From contig CAZIFU010000057.1 of assembly GCA_964539075.1 (NCBI GenBank), positions 22,153 to 86,152 of the forward strand: 64,000 nucleotides of DNA, read 5' to 3'. The notes below the pieces were generated by a model that did no database searches, was not told where the DNA came from, and saw only the letters and a program-made list of their open reading frames with translations. The translations under genes and the position numbers were made by a program. Positions 57,393 to 64,000 of the stretch are shown in pieces. Position 1 is the first letter of the stretch. Every line of letters starts with the position of its first letter. This stretch comes from an uncultured Verrucomicrobiota bacterium. Lineage in GTDB: Bacteria > Verrucomicrobiota > Verrucomicrobiia > Limisphaerales > CAZIFU01.

Positions 57393-58187
57393 TTAAAGTT
57401 CGTCCTCTCGCAGGAAATCAATCTTAATGCGGTAGTATCGTATGGAGATATTCGGGTTGGACTTTACCGCATAGGTCAAGTTCTTGTCTTTTTCGTGGGA
57501 CAAAATTAGGCCGAAGACCTTTTGCGAACCTGCAAGCTCCTCCATCACCCAGCCAAGGTAACGGCTTAGTTGACCGACCACAGAATCGGAGACTCTTTGC
57601 TTTTTTAGTTCTTGCACCAAGAAATCTCCATTCGGTCGTACGCACAATAAGTCAATTGGCCCGACATCCGTTGGGTACTGGCGGCCATCACGACCATTAT
57701 CGTCAACAAACAGTCGAAGGCCCGGCTCAACCAGATGAAGGTTTGCAGCGATGAAATCTTCGACCTGTCGTTCCAATGCCAAAGGAATCGTGACCGACGC
57801 CTTGACGGTTTGCGGAGCAACCGCTTCATCTCCGTCAGCGGCCTTCTCGCTTTCAACTTCGGCTATATCCACCTGCGCTTGTTGCGTCATCGAGATTGGT
57901 ACGAGTCGTACGACGTGACGGCCATCGACCATTTCCTGGGGGTCATATTTCACCAGAATCTTTGTCCCTGGAGTGATGTTGTTCTTTACAAACCATTCAG
58001 CGCATTGAGTCAGTTGATTGGCGTGGTGGCGTTTCATGTACGACTTCCGACCGTTGCCATCAATTACGGCAAGAATCGTTTTGTGCTCCCCGAATTTGCT
58101 TCCGTACCGAGTTCCGTAATCGTCCGTCAAGTTGATGTATTGCGCGGAGACTTCCGATCCATTTTGCAGGTGTTCAAATTCAATCAT
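57393..58187 (-). CDS. NucS/DUF91-like PD-(D/E)xK nuclease domain fused to an unrecognised ~110-aa N-terminal domain
   Basis: ORF 264 aa. C-terminal LERQVEDFIAANLHLVEPGLRL...PTDVGPIDLLCVRPNGDFLVQELKKQRVSDSVVGQLSRYLGWV...VFGLILSHE. Clearly lower GC than the flanks. Confidence 0.7.
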   Translation of the reverse strand: MIEFEHLQNGSEVSAQYINLTDDYGTRYGSKFGEHKTILAVIDGNGRKSYMKRHHANQLTQCAEWFVKNNITPGTKILVKYDPQEMVDGRHVVRLVPISMTQQAQVDIAEVESEKAADGDEAVAPQTVKASVTIPLALERQVEDFIAANLHLVEPGLRLFVDDNGRDGRQYPTDVGPIDLLCVRPNGDFLVQELKKQRVSDSVVGQLSRYLGWVMEELAGSQKVFGLILSHEKDKNLTYAVKSNPNISIRYYRIKIDFLREDEL

Positions 58188-58232
58188 AGGTCGTCCCTGG
58201 GATTTGTCTTCGAGCGGCTCAACGCGAAACCG

Positions 58233-58343
58233 TTACGCGCGGTGGAGCGCAGTATCGGCTAGTGTCTCCGGCTCAACCCACTTCCCGTGTTCACGGATCA
58301 AATCCACGAGGCGTTCCACGGCTTCGGGGTTAAATCGAGTCAT
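58233..58343 (-). other. Displaced duplicate of the ispG 3' end (36-codon remnant ORF)
   Basis: MTRFNPEAVERLVDLIREHGKWVEPETLADTALHRA. 58268-58326 is about 92% identical to 59012-59070, and the shared 19 residues EAVERLVDLIREHGKWVEP are identical to the IspG C-terminus. Confidence 0.8.
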
Positions 58344-58519
58344 GCCGCGAGAGCCGCACGCTTTCGGTGAGTCGTTCGTTTGGGGGCATGAACCAGCCGT
58401 TTGCCGGCCTTGGCTTCCTCACCCCGTACCAACGTGGCGAGCCGTTTCAAATCATAACCACATTCCGCCCCGATTTCATCGCGCACGCGCCAGACTTCTT
58501 TCAACAGATTGTTTTTCAT
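58340..58519 (-). CDS. Small protein (59 aa) downstream of the PIN gene, putative partner/antitoxin
   Basis: My translation: MKNNLLKEVWRVRDEIGAECGYDLKRLATLVRGEEAKAGKRLVHAPKRTTHRKRAALAA. Lies 7 nt after the PIN stop. Its stop overlaps the remnant ATG (ATGA). Confidence 0.5.
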   Translation of the reverse strand: MKNNLLKEVWRVRDEIGAECGYDLKRLATLVRGEEAKAGKRLVHAPKRTTHRKRAALAA

Positions 58520-58526
58520 AAGCAGA

Positions 58527-58974
58527 TTATAGCATCAATTCAAAGGGCGTGCAGATGACGGGCGCAGGGTAGCCCGCCGCTGTGCAGGCCGCACGCACTT
58601 TGTCCACAATGGCAGCGTTGGCAATGTGCCGGCAATTCCAGGTCAACAGAAAGTCCATCCGATGAACCGCCGCCACCGCGATGTGCGCCGCATCTACCGC
58701 CGCCCTGGCAGGCATCAAGCGAGTCGCAAGAATTCTGCGCGCCAAATCCTGCGCCGCCGGTGAATACTCGAGAACTTTACAGCCCGCTAAAACTTCATCC
58801 CTCGCCGTCGCCGCCGAAGCATCGCCCCGGCGCGACTCCGCCAGCACGAGGCCAGACACGAAAAGCTGGTAGTGTTGCCGCCGTTCGTCCCACCAATCGC
58901 GCGTGGCCTGTTGTTGCCCGGCAATCAAAACATCACGACTGGGCCAGGCCGTCAAGAGACTCGGAATCGTTGTT

Positions 58975-58997
<23 letters not shown>
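58527..58997 (-). CDS. PIN-domain (VapC-like) toxin
   Basis: ORF 156 aa: VYLETTIPSLLTA...DAAHIAVAAVHRMDFLLTWNCRHIAN. The first 23 nt overlap the end of ispG. Confidence 0.75.
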
Positions 58998-60902
<1,905 letters not shown>

Positions 60903-60906
<4 letters not shown>

Positions 60907-62315
60907 TTCGCCGGCGCGGGGGCCGGCGGCTCGGGCGTCTTTTCGGCCTGCTCGATCTGAATGTCCTTTTTGAACATGGATTTGAACAACGGGAAGCGGC
61001 GGACATCAAAAAACGTCACATACGCCATGAACGAGATCAGCAGCACGGCAAAGGCGGTTGTGGCGTATTCCTGGATTCTCGCGCTGATCGGCCGGCGGCG
61101 GATCTTTTCAACAAGGGCCAGGAGAATATGGCCGCCATCCAAAACCGGGACGGGCAGCAGATTCAGGACGGCGAGGTTGATATTCAGCAGCACGAGGAAG
61201 TTGAGCGCCAGGCGATAATCAGTGTTCACCCACGCCGCGAGGATCGCGAGAATGCCCACCGGACCGCTCAAATCCTTGGCGCCCACTCCGGTTTGTTTGG
61301 AGTGCAGCAGCGCGCTGAGAGTGCCGATGGTTTTGTCCCACACATCGGCGACATTTTCCCACGGGGTCGGGCCGGGTTTCATCAACTGATAGACCATTGT
61401 TGCGCTCCCCGTCAACGCGACGCCGATGCGGCCGGTCTTCTTTATCGGATCAATGATCTTCGGTGTCACGGTCAGCGTAATGCGGTCCCTGCCGCGTTCG
61501 ACTTCGACTTTCGTCGCTTCACCGCCGCGTTTGCGGATCAGGCCGACGAGCTGCTCCTGGCCGACAATCGGAACGCCGCCGAAGGAAACGAATTTATCAT
61601 TCTCCTTCAAGCCGGCGATTTCTGCCGGGCTGTCCGCGTCCACTTTGGCGATGACCGGATGGTCGCGCGGATCGAGGTTCAACATTTTCAAGCCGATGAC
61701 CTCGTTGATTTTCGTGGTCAGGCGATTGGTGGCGCGGACGCCCTCCCGTTCGGTCACCACCGCCAGGACGTTGGTTCGGGCGAGCGCCGTGACCGTGTGA
61801 ACGTCCTCCCAGGATTTCACCAGGCGGCCGTTGACCATGACGATGCGGTCGCCGTCGCGAATTCCCATTTGATACTCCGGCGAGTCCGGTTCGACGTTGC
61901 CGATGATGGACGGGTTGACCGCCACCGGCAGTCCGACGAAATAGATCAATGTCGCAATCGCAAAGGCAAAAACGACATTCATGAAGGGGCCGGCAAAAGC
62001 GACCAGGATTTTGGACCACGGGGAGGCCGGGGGAATTGTTTCAGCGCCTGCCTGATCCTTCCCTTCCAAGGCCTCGGAGGTGATCATCTGCGGCAGCTTC
62101 ACGAAGCCGCCGGCGGGAATCCAGCGCCAGGAATAATCAATCCCGTCGCGCGTCCAACTGAAAATCTTCGGTCCGAACCCGATGGCGAAGGCCTCGACTT
62201 TCAGGCCGCACCGCCGGGCCATCCAATAATGGCCGTACTCATGAACAAAAATCGCCGCCCCGAAAAGGAGCAGCACCGCCGCGACGACGTAGAGGTAACT
62301 AAACAAGTCAGCCAT
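60903..62315 (-). CDS. rseP: RIP metalloprotease RseP (site-2 protease)
   Basis: ORF 60903..62450, start MADLFSYLYVV at 62315. HEYGHYWMA zinc motif, PDZ domains, NLLPVPVLDGGH. Confidence 0.9.
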
Positions 62316-62581
62316 GTTAAAAACGCCGCCACGACAGCGGCCTTCCGAATGTAACGGGCAAGAGATGGACTGGCAACCTTGGAAACTCGTTTTTTGCCGA
62401 TTCTGCTCGGAGTGGCTGTCTTTGACGGCGGGGTGCGAGTGCGTGTCCACAACGCGTCAAGGAGTTTCTGGCGCTCAGAATTGCGGGCGTTTGCGTTGAA
62501 GTTGTGGTGACGTTCGTAAAGATTCGCGGGCCGTGGTTGTGTTGGCGGCGGCCCTTGGAAACCTGTGGTAACAATGGGCGT

Positions 62582-64000
62582 ATGCCTGTGGATTCCACGC
62601 ATCCCGATTACGACGCCAAACTCGTTGCGTGGGGGTGCGCCCGTGATGTCATTGCGGGTGAAAATGCCGTGAAGGCCGCTGCCACCCGTTAGCTGCCGCG
62701 GCTGGATTCCCGGACCGACGATGAGTATGCCGCTTACAAGAAGCGCGCCTCCTTCTTCAACGCCACCGCGCGCACGGCTAAAGGCTACCTTGGGCTTGTT
62801 TTCCGACGACCGCCGTTTGTGGAACTACCGGAGGACGGCCGTCGAGAAGGAGCAAATGAGAGTGGACGGCCGCACCTCACCCCAACCCTCTCCCCAGAGC
62901 GGAGAGGGAGGTCTTTGCAGACAGCCACTGTGTCCGCGCTCGCGAGAGCGATGGAGCAGTTTCGCAACGATGCGGACATGCTGGGCACCGCCCTGCTGAA
63001 TCACGCCAAGAGTATCGTGAGTGAGGTTGTGGCTGTCGGACGTGCCGGCACGCTCATTGATTGGGAGAGCGATTTTGAGAACCGCGTGCATGCTTCGCTC
63101 TACGCCGCTGAGAACATCCTCAATTGGCGGGTCGGGCGGATCAACGGCCGCAACATTCCGACGATGGTTGTCCTCCATGAAGCGTCCGGCGCGCGACCGT
63201 TGCCAGGTAAAGATGAAGATGCCTTCGCCACGGTGACGCCCGAACAAATCCGCTTTCTGAAACTCGTTCGCGGCGAGGCTGTGGCCGACTCCAAGAAGCT
63301 GCCTTACTCCTACGCCGTCGAAATCCGGCAGCGTATCGACGTTCAGGCGGGTCAGCGGAAGCAGCGCAAAAGCGAGTGGAAACTCGTGGAGACTCGCGTG
63401 CCTTTGCGCCTTGGAAAACCTTTGCCGCTGATTCCGTTTGTGTTTCACGGTTCCCGCCATTCCCTGCCTGCCGTTGAGAAGTTGCCGCTTGCCGACCTCA
63501 TTGCCGTCAATCATGATCACTACCAGCTCAATGCCGATTACAAGCACGGCGTCCATTTCACCGCCCTGCCGACTGCCTGGGTGAGCGGCTTTGACAAATC
63601 CTCGACGCTCCGCATTGGTTCAAGCACGGCCTGGGTGACTGAGACGCCGGGTGCCACCGCCGGATTCCTGGAATTCACCGGCCAGGGGCTGGAAACCTTT
63701 GAGCGAGCGATGGACCGTGATGAGAAGCTGCTCGCTGTGCTTGGCTCGCGCCTGTTGGAATCACAGAAGAAAGTGGGTGAAACCGCGCAAGCCATCGAGC
63801 TTCGGCAGAGTGGCGAGAACAGCATCCTTGCGAACCTTGCCACGAGTGTCAGCGCCTCGCTGACGCAAGCACTTCGTTGGGCTTACTGGTGGAACTCAAC
63901 TGAAGAATCCCCCGATGATGTGACGAATGAGCAGGTGCTCGTTGAATTGAATACGGACTTCAGCACGAAGGGACTGAGCGCACCGGAGATCCAATCCATC
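62582..64000 (+). pseudogene. DUF4055-type phage portal-like protein, interrupted by in-frame TAG at 62690-62692; 3' end beyond window
   Basis: MPVDSTHPDYDAKLVAWGCARDVIAGENAVKAAATR*LPRLDSRTDDEYAAYKKRASFFNATARTAKGYLGLVFRRPP.... I checked that the same frame stays open from 62693 to 64000. Family call from memory of the DUF4055 N-terminal consensus (..YLP..Y..Y..RA.FYNAT.RT). Confidence 0.65.
62873..62911. repeat. GGAGAGGG-type hairpin in frame inside the portal-like gene
   Basis: cacctcaccccaaccctctccccagagcggagagggagg. Encodes HLTPTLSPERRGR. Confidence 0.75.

Noticed and set aside
62690-62692. TAG in the portal-like gene as a recoded (e.g. pyrrolysine or read-through) codon
   Set aside because: TAG terminates ordinary genes in this window (30302-30304, 54483-54485). 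There is no evidence for reassignment, so a nonsense mutation is the simpler reading.
62721-62999. 92-aa + strand ORF
   Set aside because: An alternative frame of the portal-like gene that includes the translated repeat. The portal frame is the one with family similarity, and it stays open to the window edge.

Overview
High-GC chromosomal segment (roughly 60-65% by eye). The gene content points to the PVC superphylum, most likely Verrucomicrobiota: DUF1501, DUF1549/DUF1553 and DUF1552 proteins, tandem sulfatases, a TAT-signal Gfo/Idh/MocA oxidoreductase, and characteristic palindromic repeats. This taxon call is inference.

Most of the window is housekeeping:
- yicC-gmk
- rplM-rpsI
- a complete argC-argJ-argB-argD-argF cluster
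- grpE-dnaJ and rsmE
- nadA
- HIT-phoH-ybeY-DUF502-recO
- rseP-ispG

Other blocks:
- a four-gene multistep phosphorelay cluster (41970-52341) with 7 receiver and 3 Hpt domains and no output domain
- a small accessory islet (about 56.0-59.0 kb) holding a Uma2 nuclease, a low-GC NucS-like nuclease, an interrupted small ORF pair and a PIN cassette
- the 5' part of a DUF4055 phage-portal-like gene with an in-frame TAG, running off the right edge

The most unusual signal is not a gene cluster. It is a dense population of at least nine palindromic, MITE/REP-like repeat families.
- Several copies sit in frame inside essential genes (argD, argJ, ispG twice, an M28 peptidase, the portal gene), much like Rickettsia palindromic elements.
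- One family occurs in two copies whose 18-nt hairpin loops are exact reverse complements (flip/flop).
- The last ~21 codons of ispG are present twice, and all five differences between the copies are synonymous. The two copies bracket a PIN-toxin cassette, which looks like an integration footprint.

No rRNA, tRNA or CRISPR array was found. The ORF track lists only complete ORFs of at least 60 aa and renders alternative start codons as M. The two window-edge genes and several small ORFs were therefore read directly from the sequence.
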